A program made the translations under genes and the position numbers. Of a stretch of DNA of 39,906 bases, positions 9,270-18,391 are shown in pieces; position 1 is the stretch's first letter, and the number at the start of each line of letters is the position of its first letter. Under the pieces are notes generated by a model that saw only the letters and a list, made by a program, of their open reading frames with translations, did no database searches and was not told the DNA's origin. This stretch comes from Promethearchaeota archaeon (GTDB lineage: Archaea; Asgardarchaeota; Lokiarchaeia; Sigyniarchaeales; SOKP01). The stretch spans positions 1-39,906 of the forward strand of contig RDOE01000026.1 in assembly GCA_011364975.1 (NCBI GenBank). Direction: 5' to 3'.

Positions 9270-9623
9270 TCACCATTGATATGCTGCTACAGCAAAGATA
9301 GAGATCATACTAAATAAGAATTCTCCTAATAACCAATCAAAAAATAGCTTTCTTTTTTGATCTCTATTACTTTTTATTTTAGTTGCCAAAGCAAAACTAA
9401 TTGCAGAATTAGTTCCCATAAAAATGATAAAAGCATATGTGGAAGCACCGATTTCAAGTTCAATTATATCTAATAAAAAGTCCAAAAAAATCCAAGCACC
9501 TATGAAAAAGACTAGAATAATGAGAAAAATCCAACCCGAGAATTGAATAATCTTTTCTAATTGTATTTCTTCTTCCGATAAGCCACCTGGAAGCCTTGAG
9601 GGTTTTTTTTTAACTTTAGACAT
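9270..9623 (-). CDS. Small hypothetical membrane protein (about 3 TM helices)
   Basis: Three hydrophobic stretches; co-oriented downstream of nac. Confidence 0.7.
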   Translation of the reverse strand: MSKVKKKPSRLPGGLSEEEIQLEKIIQFSGWIFLIILVFFIGAWIFLDFLLDIIELEIGASTYAFIIFMGTNSAISFALATKIKSNRDQKRKLFFDWLLGEFLFSMISIFAVAAYQW

Positions 9624-9710
9624 AACAAATCAATCTTTCTTTATATATAAAAATGAATGGAATATTATTCTTAACTGTTTTCTTTTTAATAAGTAACAAT
9701 AAAGTAAAAT

Positions 9711-10199
9711 TTAAGGTCGATTTTTCAAAAATAATATTGCTTTTGCAATATCCCCTTCACAATCTATAAGAGCTGCTTTAGCGACATCTATATTCACATT
9801 TGCTTGAGCTGCTACCAACATAATATCATTTTCTGTGATCATTGGTTTAGTTTCAGATGAGAAATCCTCTTCCGTTTCTAAGATTTCTTTCTTCTCTTCA
9901 AAAATTATTTCTTCACTAGAAAATTCTTCCGCTTCACCTATAATTTGATAAATTTCTTGACCCATTTGCTTCATAAGTATTACTTCTGGTTGATTTATTA
10001 CTAAAGTTCTTTCTTCACCTTCTATAATTACTCTAGTAGCATCAATTTGGTCCATTTCAATTCCTTGTTGTTGCATCTTCCGTCGCATCTGTCTTGACGC
10101 AAGATTGGAACCTTCTCTTCTTTTTACCGCTTGGGGGCGTTTAGGTTTATTTTTTTCCTTAGTCTGCAACTCTTTTGGTAATTTAACCATTAGCTTCAC
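9711..10199 (-). CDS. nac: Nascent polypeptide-associated complex protein
   Basis: RQMRRKMQQQGI NAC domain, YQIIGE, C-terminal UBA-like NDIMLVAAQANV..GDIAKAI. The exact start (GTG or a later ATG) is uncertain. Confidence 0.9.
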   Translation of the reverse strand: MKLMVKLPKELQTKEKNKPKRPQAVKRREGSNLASRQMRRKMQQQGIEMDQIDATRVIIEGEERTLVINQPEVILMKQMGQEIYQIIGEAEEFSSEEIIFEEKKEILETEEDFSSETKPMITENDIMLVAAQANVNIDVAKAALIDCEGDIAKAILFLKNRP

Positions 10200-10239
10200 T
10201 ATAAATCTTGAACTTTAATTTGATATAATTAATTTTACT

Positions 10240-10731
10240 TTATATTTTTGATTTATTTATCCCTTTTCTAACTTTTATCGCAACTCCACTTGTAAAACTT
10301 TTTATATATGGGATAGGTAAAATTAATTTTCCTATCGCGAGTAACTCATCTTCTTGGTTTACTACAATTATTTCATCTAATGGGCGTAAATTTTCGTCAA
10401 TTTCTGTAATATGCTTACAGAAGACATTTCGCCCCTCCTTTATAAATTCAGAGATATCTGATTGGACAACAGCCCTTAAATGAGGGATGGATATACTTCT
10501 AATAATTCTATCGGCTGCAAACAAACTTAAAGTAAATAATCCATTTTGAGGTCTAAAATTTAGAAGTAAATTTTCATCATAATAAATATGTTTTATCCTA
10601 CCAGTATTTTTAGAATATTCTACTTTTATCTTATCATCATTATCAAATAAAATATCAGTAGTTATCGGGCTGAATTGGAAATCTGATATTGCCTTTATCT
10701 TTCTTAAAACTAAAAACTGCTGATTCTCCAT
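10240..10731 (-). CDS. PUA-domain protein (archaeosine TGT C-terminal-like)
   Basis: SKNTGRIKHI, GRNVFCKHI, LRPLDEIIVVN..LLAIGK and GVAIKVRKG. Confidence 0.85.
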   Translation of the reverse strand: MENQQFLVLRKIKAISDFQFSPITTDILFDNDDKIKVEYSKNTGRIKHIYYDENLLLNFRPQNGLFTLSLFAADRIIRSISIPHLRAVVQSDISEFIKEGRNVFCKHITEIDENLRPLDEIIVVNQEDELLAIGKLILPIPYIKSFTSGVAIKVRKGINKSKI

Positions 10732-10809
10732 TATAGTAATAATTTAGTGATTTATATATCAAATAAACCAACAAAAAAATAGGTTTTTGTTAAATAATAA
10801 AAAGGTAGA

Positions 10810-12018
10810 TTATGAATATAACCTTGATTCAACTGCTTTATCTTTGACTTTATTCATAACTTTATTTACAGCATCAAGGAAATCAGCTTCTACTATTACT
10901 TCAGAATCTTTTCTGATTGCAAACATACCTGCTTCCGTACAAATTGCTTTAATATCTGCACCAGTTGCACCATCTGTTAATTCAACTAATTTTCTAAAAT
11001 TGAGATTTCCTTCAGAATTTAGAGATCTGGTATGAATTCGAAAGATAGCATTTCTTGCTTTATCATCGGGAATTGGAAAATCAATCATACGATCAAATCT
11101 ACCAGGTCTTAATAATGCAGGGTCTAGTATATCTACTCGATTCGTTGCTCCAATAATCTTTACATCACCTCTTTGCTCAAAGCCATCCAATTCACTCAAT
11201 AACTGCATAAGTGTTCTCTGAACTTCCCTATCACCGGATGTTGCTATTTTTAAACGTTGAGATCCAATTGCATCTAATTCATCAATAAATAAAATCGTTG
11301 GGGCTTTCTCTTTTGCAAGATTGAAAATCTCTCTTACTAATCGAGCGCCTTCACCAATAAACTTCTGAACTAATTCAGATCCGATAATTCTTATAAATGT
11401 AGCCTCAGTTTCATGAGCAACTGCTTTTGCTAATAATGTTTTACCCGTTCCAGGGGCACCATAAAGTAAAACGCCCTTAGGGGGTTCTATTCCAACTTTT
11501 TTAAACAGTTCTGGCTTTAATAATGGAAGTTCAACCGTTTCTCTCACTTCTTGTAATTGGTCTTCTAACCCCCCGATATCTTCATATGAAATATCAGGTA
11601 TAGAATCTATGACTTCCATTCCTTTAACAAAAGGATCTAACTTAGTAGGCAACAACTCCATTATGGCAAAAGTCCTTTGATTAAGCGCAACCCTCAACCC
11701 TGGAGTAAGCTTTTCATTTCGTACTTTTCTACTAGCATTCACTACAAAACTTGGACCTGTAGAACTCTTAACAATCACTTTACCACTATCATTTAACGTA
11801 TCGATTACGGTTGCAGAAACCAAGGGAGGTTCCCTTAATCGATCTATTTCATTTCGTAAACTATGTAATTCCTGCTCTAATCGTAAACGTTCAGCATCTA
11901 ATAATTGTTTTTCAGTTTCTAAATTTCGAAGTCGTTTCTCTAAATGGCGAGTATAGGTAATCAAGTATTCTTCATCTTTAGTTTCTTCTTTTTTTCTCCT
12001 TTCTTTTGTAGTCGTCAA
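10810..12018 (-). CDS. pan: Proteasome-activating nucleotidase (AAA+)
   Basis: N-terminal coiled coil, OB fold (VKSSTGP), Walker A GAPGTGKT, Walker [20 protein letters not shown]-terminal HbYX motif LYS. TTG start. Confidence 0.97.
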   Translation of the reverse strand: MTTTKERRKKEETKDEEYLITYTRHLEKRLRNLETEKQLLDAERLRLEQELHSLRNEIDRLREPPLVSATVIDTLNDSGKVIVKSSTGPSFVVNASRKVRNEKLTPGLRVALNQRTFAIMELLPTKLDPFVKGMEVIDSIPDISYEDIGGLEDQLQEVRETVELPLLKPELFKKVGIEPPKGVLLYGAPGTGKTLLAKAVAHETEATFIRIIGSELVQKFIGEGARLVREIFNLAKEKAPTILFIDELDAIGSQRLKIATSGDREVQRTLMQLLSELDGFEQRGDVKIIGATNRVDILDPALLRPGRFDRMIDFPIPDDKARNAIFRIHTRSLNSEGNLNFRKLVELTDGATGADIKAICTEAGMFAIRKDSEVIVEADFLDAVNKVMNKVKDKAVESRLYS

Positions 12019-12256
12019 ATAGCTAATACCCCATGGTAAATATTTTTTTAATAGACGTATTCTAAAATAATAATAACTATTAATTCATTTAAATTTAAGG
12101 TAATATACTAATATCATAAGAAATATTGATTTTTAAAAAATTTATAGGTTATATTTTATAACGGTTCTCACCTTAAAATCATAAAATATAATAGTTTTGC
12201 AACAAATTCTTTATTAAATTACATTTCTTAAGCATAAGGTATTAATCAGATCGTTT

Positions 12257-12793
12257 ATGGCAAAGAAAAACTCATCCCAATTTGATAAAGAGTGCCAAAT
12301 TTGTGGTGGTGCTATTTGGGGAAAAGGTTTTAAAGTTTTATTAGAAGGTGCCAAAATTACTGTATGTCAAAGTTGTGCTCAAGATGGGACCATCATTCAG
12401 GACAAGAAAAAAGATTTTTCTCAAAATAAAAGAACTTATTCTCAACCTTCAAAAAAGCAAAAAAAGCAATATTTCGTTAGTAAAAAATTTGAAAATCTTG
12501 AAATTGTAGCTGATTACGCTAAAATAATTGCTAATACGCGCAATAAGCAAGGATTAAATCAAGATCAATTCGCCCAAAAACTAAATGAAAAACCATCTTT
12601 ATTGAAAAGAATTGAATCAGGTAAAGTTGAACCTACATTCGAAATAGCAAAGAAAATTGAAACTATGTATGGTGTTAAATTAACTAAAGAAATAGATGCT
12701 ATTGAGGCCAGTTTTTCAGATAGTAAGTATATGAAAAAGACCAGTGGGAGTTCTCTGGGTGATATTGCGATAATCAAAAAGAAGAAAAAATAA
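12257..12793 (+). CDS. mbf1: Archaeal multiprotein bridging factor 1 (Zn ribbon plus HTH)
   Basis: CQICG..EGAKITVCQSC, HTH GLNQDQFAQKLNEK..RIESGK, C-terminal SLGDI. Divergent from pan. Confidence 0.9.
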   Translation: MAKKNSSQFDKECQICGGAIWGKGFKVLLEGAKITVCQSCAQDGTIIQDKKKDFSQNKRTYSQPSKKQKKQYFVSKKFENLEIVADYAKIIANTRNKQGLNQDQFAQKLNEKPSLLKRIESGKVEPTFEIAKKIETMYGVKLTKEIDAIEASFSDSKYMKKTSGSSLGDIAIIKKKKK

Positions 12794-12797
12794 ACTA

Positions 12798-14831
12798 CTA
12801 ATGCTTTAGACTATTAATTTCAACCAAAGTGGAATTATATGAGCCGGAAAAACCCAATTCCTCAGGATTATCTGGAGTAAAAATATTCACATTAAAATTG
12901 ATTTTTGATTCAATCGGAACTCCAGAATATATTAAAGCAATACCTTTAGTTAAGATTGAGGTTCTAGCTACGAAATAATCTCCCTGTCCTAGGTAGTTTG
13001 AAACATTTACTTTATCTCCTTCTTTTAGGTGAAGAAATGTTATATCTTCTTCACATAGAAAAACTTTGTTAAAAGCATCTAATTGATTATTATGGATTTG
13101 TCCTAATTGAGAATGTATATAATATTTATGAGAAGGAGAAATTAAAATAAAAGAATTTTTCTTCCTTTTTCTTATTGAGTTTAGCCAATCATCACCAAAA
13201 TCAAGTTTGACATTCTTCAGGTTTATTTTATTATTAAATGTTGGAAAAGCCAACCCACTAAAGGGTACACTGTTTATATCAAATAGAAGATGATATCCAT
13301 TCCTTATAATGTTGTCTTTAAAATTAGGGGGTAATAGATTTAAACAATGCTCTAAAATTTGATTATCATTTTCATTAAATTCTGGATTTTCACCTATACA
13401 TAAATTATTATAGAGTTTTTGAAAGAATTCAAAATTAGATAAACAGTTAGGATATGGACAAGGTCCTCCATTATTAATTGAAATACTTGGGATATAATAG
13501 GGGCTAATAATATCAGAACATTCTAAGTCAAATTTTGAAGGAATAACAATATCTGCAAATTTAGTAGTTGCATTTAGAAAAAGATCCTGAACTACAACAA
13601 ATAAATCTTTTTTCAAAAAACAATTTTTAATATTATTAAGATTAGGTAAAGAACTAAGAGGATTAAAATTGTAAACAAAAATCATTTTAAACTTATTTGA
13701 TTGCAATTCCTTTCCAAGATTTATCAAATTTATTTGCGGTAAAGTATTCTCAATTGATACTCCCGTGATATATTCCATTAATGGTTGAAGAAAAGGCTTA
13801 AGAAAATCACTCTGTGAATAGATTATTCCAGTTCCGGGTTTACCTAAATTACCAAGTAATATTTGTATTAGTGCAATATTTTGGATTATTTTTCCTCCAT
13901 AAAAATCCTTTTGAACACCATAACCAATGTTAAAAATGGTATGATTTTTATATTCAGTAAGAAGATTAAAGAAAGTATTGATTTGTTCTAATTCTAAATC
14001 TAATATTTTAGTGATTTCTTCTTCATTTAATTTTCTAATTTTTTTTATAATTGGAATATAATCCTGTGTATACTTAATTAAGAAATCTCTATCATGCAAA
14101 TGATTTTCAATCAAATATTTACATATCAATTGAGAAATTAGGTGGTCGGTCCCTGGAACAGTATAGATAAAAAGATCAGCTTCTTTTGCGATCTGAGTAC
14201 GACGTGAATCTAATACTATCAATTTAGTACCGTTATGGCGTGCTTGCTTAATAAGAGAATAAGAATGACTATTTCTATCACTAAGATCACTACCCCATAT
14301 AACTATTAAATGTGTCTCCGGGTTTATTAACTGTAAAGGATTAGTAATTGAATAGGTTCCAAATAGATCCTTAAGTCCTGCACATCCTCCCTCATTACAT
14401 ATCCCTCCAGAGGTAATTGTACCTCCTAATGCTTTAAAAAATCTAATTGGTGAGTACATTGATATTAATCCATAATTTCCTGCATTAAATGCTCCAAGTA
14501 TTGATTCTGGACCAAAGTTCTCAATTATTTGTTGAGCTTTTTTCGCAATTATATTAATAGCTTTATCATTATTCACTTTTTGAAACTCATTACTTCCCTT
14601 TTTGCCTTTTCTTACCAATGAATGTTTTAATCTTTTGGAGTGATATAAAAGTTCTTTTCTGGTATTCATTTTTTCACAAAAGAATCCATTTGTAAAGGGA
14701 TGAGACTTCTGGGGAACCGATTCTAAAAATTTAAATTCCTCAGCATTATCGTTCCATGATCCTAAAAAAACACAAGAACCATAACAATCTTTTGAACAAG
14801 TTCCAAAGCGTTCAACAAACTTAGACTTCAA
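12798..14831 (-). CDS. Molybdopterin-dependent oxidoreductase (DMSO reductase superfamily, uncharacterised)
   Basis: N-terminal Fe4S4 motif CSKDCYGSC..HPFTNGFFC, GICNEGG (possible Cys ligand), IVIWGSD, VVVQDLFLNATTKFADIVIP, C-terminal dinucleotide-binding domain. TTG start. Confidence 0.88.
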   Translation of the reverse strand: MKSKFVERFGTCSKDCYGSCVFLGSWNDNAEEFKFLESVPQKSHPFTNGFFCEKMNTRKELLYHSKRLKHSLVRKGKKGSNEFQKVNNDKAINIIAKKAQQIIENFGPESILGAFNAGNYGLISMYSPIRFFKALGGTITSGGICNEGGCAGLKDLFGTYSITNPLQLINPETHLIVIWGSDLSDRNSHSYSLIKQARHNGTKLIVLDSRRTQIAKEADLFIYTVPGTDHLISQLICKYLIENHLHDRDFLIKYTQDYIPIIKKIRKLNEEEITKILDLELEQINTFFNLLTEYKNHTIFNIGYGVQKDFYGGKIIQNIALIQILLGNLGKPGTGIIYSQSDFLKPFLQPLMEYITGVSIENTLPQINLINLGKELQSNKFKMIFVYNFNPLSSLPNLNNIKNCFLKKDLFVVVQDLFLNATTKFADIVIPSKFDLECSDIISPYYIPSISINNGGPCPYPNCLSNFEFFQKLYNNLCIGENPEFNENDNQILEHCLNLLPPNFKDNIIRNGYHLLFDINSVPFSGLAFPTFNNKINLKNVKLDFGDDWLNSIRKRKKNSFILISPSHKYYIHSQLGQIHNNQLDAFNKVFLCEEDITFLHLKEGDKVNVSNYLGQGDYFVARTSILTKGIALIYSGVPIESKINFNVNIFTPDNPEELGFSGSYNSTLVEINSLKH

Positions 14832-14952
14832 ATTTTGCTTCTGTACTTTTATTTATTTAGATAATTCTTAGAGTTTAAAGTTTAATTTATAATGAGTAAT
14901 ATAAAAATTATATATTTGTAAAAATTCAAACTATTAATTATCGTAATAGAAT

Positions 14953-15543
14953 TTAGTTATTAAAATCTTTAAAAACATTTGCATTTTCAATTGAGACAAT
15001 TTTTTCCTTAAGAAAGTGAATTAAATCTTTGTTATCATCCGCTATTAGAGGTTCACCACAATCTGGGCAACGAAAATTTAATTCAAAGGCTTCATCAAAA
15101 TTGTATTTAATTTTAGTATCTTTGCAATTTTGACAACTAAAAAAGTAATTATTTTCTTCAAATTCTAATCTTTCTCTTAATTTATTTTCTATAGTCTTCT
15201 TTTTTTCCATTAAAATTTCTTCAAGCATATCAAATTCATGCCACCAGTAGTAGATAAACCACCCTGTCGACTTATCTCTTATACGTCGGAATTGTGCTAA
15301 TTTTTCGCTATATAATTTATATAATGTCTTTCTGACGGTGTTTAATTTGAGTATATCGGTATCATCTGGTTCAAAATCAACTTCGCGTTCTTCCTGAACA
15401 ATTCTTTCTTTAATATTTTCTGTGATATCTTCATCAGTAATATCTTCATTTTCTGAGTTTATTAATTCAATACCAACCTCGATCGCAACATCCCCACCTA
15501 TGATATATAGGAAAGATTTCAACAGAGGGCTCAATCCTTTCAT
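14953..15543 (-). CDS. tfe: Transcription factor E (TFE alpha)
   Basis: KLNTVRKTLYKLY..RIRDKSTGWFIYYW, Zn ribbon CQNC..FDEAFELNFRCPDCGEPL. Confidence 0.93.
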   Translation of the reverse strand: MKGLSPLLKSFLYIIGGDVAIEVGIELINSENEDITDEDITENIKERIVQEEREVDFEPDDTDILKLNTVRKTLYKLYSEKLAQFRRIRDKSTGWFIYYWWHEFDMLEEILMEKKKTIENKLRERLEFEENNYFFSCQNCKDTKIKYNFDEAFELNFRCPDCGEPLIADDNKDLIHFLKEKIVSIENANVFKDFNN

Positions 15544-15642
15544 AATTTTTCGCTATAATATTTTCTCTTTAACTAATGGGTATAAAAAACGATAAAAATT
15601 AAATTTTTTGAAATTTAATTCAAATTAGATCTTAAAATTAAA

Positions 15643-16425
15643 TTACACTACAAAAGAATATTGTTTTTCAATAACTTCATTATCAATTTCCACAGTTCGT
15701 ATTAATTTTCCCTTCCTTATAGCCATAATCCGTAATAAACGTGAATCTTGAATATTTGTTGGAAGTATGATATCTGTAATTTTATAATTATTTAATATGG
15801 TTATTGATTTCCAATCATTAGGTATTTCAGATCTGAAATCAGGAAGAGCTTCTTCAATTAAGATTTCTAAATTGTTTTCACTGTTTACAAGATAACCCGT
15901 ACAAAACTGAATTCGTTGATTTATATCGTCATCTTCTATCTTTTTTTTTGATGGTTGAGGTATGTTTTTTTTTGTTGTTATTTTGCAATTTGCGTTAACA
16001 TTTAGAGATATCAAAAGGTAACTATTTTTTCGAAGTGTCTCGATTGCTTTAAGTAATTGATCTCGATTAGTTCTATCTAGTATTGTTGCTTTATAATTTT
16101 TAGTTTGACCTGTAGATCTCTTTATATCCCAATTAAATCCTAATGAGGAAATAAGATTAGAAGGATCAGAGCCTGTGATTAGTGTTCCCTTTATTTCAAA
16201 TTGTATTAATTGGTCCTTAATCGATCTGACTACTAGTTCTTGAATTAGATCCTCATATTCATGGCTCCCCTTTAGCGTAATTTTAGTTTTTGATTGAGAT
16301 ATTTTTAATGCGGGGCCAATAAATATTCCTTTTGAATACCTATAAAAATGCCGATGAACTTCCATATAATTCTGAGTTGGGTCTTCTAAAATAGGTGTTT
16401 CAATTATCCTCTTTAAAAAATGCAT
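15643..16425 (-). CDS. Hypothetical protein, co-oriented upstream of tfe
   Basis: 260-aa ORF with a conserved-looking N-terminus VHRHFYRYSKGIFIGP and C-terminal AIRKGKLIR; family not recognised. Confidence 0.7.
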   Translation of the reverse strand: MHFLKRIIETPILEDPTQNYMEVHRHFYRYSKGIFIGPALKISQSKTKITLKGSHEYEDLIQELVVRSIKDQLIQFEIKGTLITGSDPSNLISSLGFNWDIKRSTGQTKNYKATILDRTNRDQLLKAIETLRKNSYLLISLNVNANCKITTKKNIPQPSKKKIEDDDINQRIQFCTGYLVNSENNLEILIEEALPDFRSEIPNDWKSITILNNYKITDIILPTNIQDSRLLRIMAIRKGKLIRTVEIDNEVIEKQYSFVV

Positions 16426-16647
16426 TTTTTCCTTACTACTTGTTTTCTTTTATTATATTTGATGCAATATTTATTATATAAATAGAACATATCTTTAAAT
16501 TTTGATCATTAATAGTTAGTAATGATTTTAATTATGAAGATATATTCTCTCTAATTTATTATAAAGAGCCTGATTATTATTGGTCTTAAAAACCAGATTA
16601 TTAGAAGAATCATTAAATATCTACTAAATAAATTTCAAGAAAACGTC

Positions 16648-17457
16648 ATGAGTATATATGGAATTGGCAGCTTTTTCAACCAATATAAAAATGGAAATTG
16701 GAGTAACTTTGATATAGATGTAATAGTTATAGTACATTCAATAGATTTAATTCCAAAACAGGATTGGACTAATATTAGATATGAAAAAATAATTATAGAT
16801 GGATATAATGTATGGTTAGGATATATTACTCTTGATGGGTTAATGAATAAAGCAAAATTTGAGCAACAGTCGTTTGCTAATTATGAGTGGAGTCTTATTG
16901 ATTTAAAGTGGAATCATAATTCTCAATTACTTTATGGTGATGATATTCGAGTGAATCTACCAAATCCATTGAAATTGAAAATTGATTATGATGATATCTT
17001 ATCCAGGAGCTTATATCATTTAAACAAAAGTTTTAGGAGTACTAAGAATGAAGTTGAATTATTAGAGACCAAAAGGGAACTTACAAAAGCAATCTTCAAG
17101 TTTGGTTTTTATTTATGTATTTTATATGATAACCAATTCAATTATACATCAATAAAGCATATATTAGTAAAGTTAGACCAAATTAAAATTGAGAATATTA
17201 ATATAGAACTACTAGATATTATCTTCCAAGAAGCTATCCATTTTAGAAGAAAGGGCAATTTTATTGCAAATTTTAAATCTGTTCGAAGTAATTTTACACT
17301 TTTAATTTTTTCGCTTATAAAAAAGGGAAAATTGCATAAAATCTTTACCTACGATGAATTTGTTAAGTTTTTAGAAACAAAATTTAATGGATTATATGAT
17401 ATTATAAAATTTTTGAAAAAAGCAAAAAATCTCTCTTTTTCTTCGAAAGAAAAGTAA
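16648..17457 (+). CDS. Pol-beta-superfamily nucleotidyltransferase domain plus helical C-terminal domain; true start probably upstream
   Basis: IYGIGSFF..FDIDVIVIV gives the GS and DxD motifs, followed by LLYGDD. The frame is open upstream to 16555. Confidence 0.7.
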   Translation: MSIYGIGSFFNQYKNGNWSNFDIDVIVIVHSIDLIPKQDWTNIRYEKIIIDGYNVWLGYITLDGLMNKAKFEQQSFANYEWSLIDLKWNHNSQLLYGDDIRVNLPNPLKLKIDYDDILSRSLYHLNKSFRSTKNEVELLETKRELTKAIFKFGFYLCILYDNQFNYTSIKHILVKLDQIKIENINIELLDIIFQEAIHFRRKGNFIANFKSVRSNFTLLIFSLIKKGKLHKIFTYDEFVKFLETKFNGLYDIIKFLKKAKNLSFSSKEK

Positions 17458-17555
17458 ATTTATTTTATCACAGAATTTTAATATTTTTGCCATAAAATTA
17501 AAAAAAAATAATAATTTACAATAATCTAACTAGTTAAATAAATTTATGATTAATT

Positions 17556-17774
17556 ATGATACTAACAATTCTTCAATTTGAAATTCCTTCATGGTCTGTG
17601 TGGTCATTAGCATGGATTTTCCTTATTATTGGATTATTAACTTTAATTGTTTTAGTAATATACACACGGTTTGGAAGAGAAATTTCGATAAAACTTTCAA
17701 TTCTTTCCATTATTTTTACTTCGGTATTTCTTGGATTCGCCATTCACTTTTTTCTTATTAGTTTTGGAATTTAG
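17556..17774 (+). CDS. Small membrane protein (2 TM)
   Basis: Two hydrophobic helices separated by YTRFGRE. Confidence 0.65.
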   Translation: MILTILQFEIPSWSVWSLAWIFLIIGLLTLIVLVIYTRFGREISIKLSILSIIFTSVFLGFAIHFFLISFGI

Positions 17775-17909
17775 TTATTTCTAATTTTAAAGTAACTATT
17801 TTATTTCTTTATTTAGAGTTATGGGACTACTTGTCAATATTTATAAGAAAAGCACCCTAATTTTCCTTAATTTAAAAACAATTTTTCACCAATAAAAGAG
17901 GAAATTTAA

Positions 17910-18347
17910 ATGTTACTTCAAATGGGAGATCCTTTATTTTTTATCTTATGGCTTATACTAGCAACAGTGATTGTCTTTTTAATTATGCTTATTTCAGTTA
18001 GAGTTGTTGTAAGTAAAACTAAAGCCTCAGATAAAAAATTCTTGATCCTTCTTTTAGCATTTGTTTCAGTATTACTTCTACCTATTATTGTTAACGCAAT
18101 AATGCTAGTTCTTAACCTAATAGGTGGTGCTATCGCCTCATTAAGAGATCTGATAGATGGTGGGGGTCAGAATTTCTTAGCAAATTTTGCTCCTATAATC
18201 TTCTTCCTACTGCTCTTAGCAATTACAAAATGGTTAGTAGATATTAGTTGGGAACATGCATTATGGGTTTCACTGTTGACACTGTTTATCTTATATATTA
18301 TCTATTCTTTAGTTCCAGAACTTTATACTTTTGTCCAATTTGGATAA
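17910..18347 (+). CDS. Membrane protein (about 4 TM)
   Basis: Four hydrophobic segments; GAGG SD-like motif upstream. Confidence 0.75.
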   Translation: MLLQMGDPLFFILWLILATVIVFLIMLISVRVVVSKTKASDKKFLILLLAFVSVLLLPIIVNAIMLVLNLIGGAIASLRDLIDGGGQNFLANFAPIIFFLLLLAITKWLVDISWEHALWVSLLTLFILYIIYSLVPELYTFVQFG

Positions 18348-18391
18348 AAGATTTTTTTTAATTTTAAAAATAAGAACTAAAAGAAGAAAAA

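Noticed and set aside
7919-12777. Short ORFs 7919-8113, 10787-11035 and 12565-12777
   Set aside because: They overlap nrdD, pan and mbf1 and are typical antisense or out-of-frame artefacts.
12798-14831. Selenocysteine recoding in the Mo enzyme, or a SECIS element elsewhere
   Set aside because: The ORF is uninterrupted with Cys at the candidate ligand site, and no convincing SECIS fold was found by eye.
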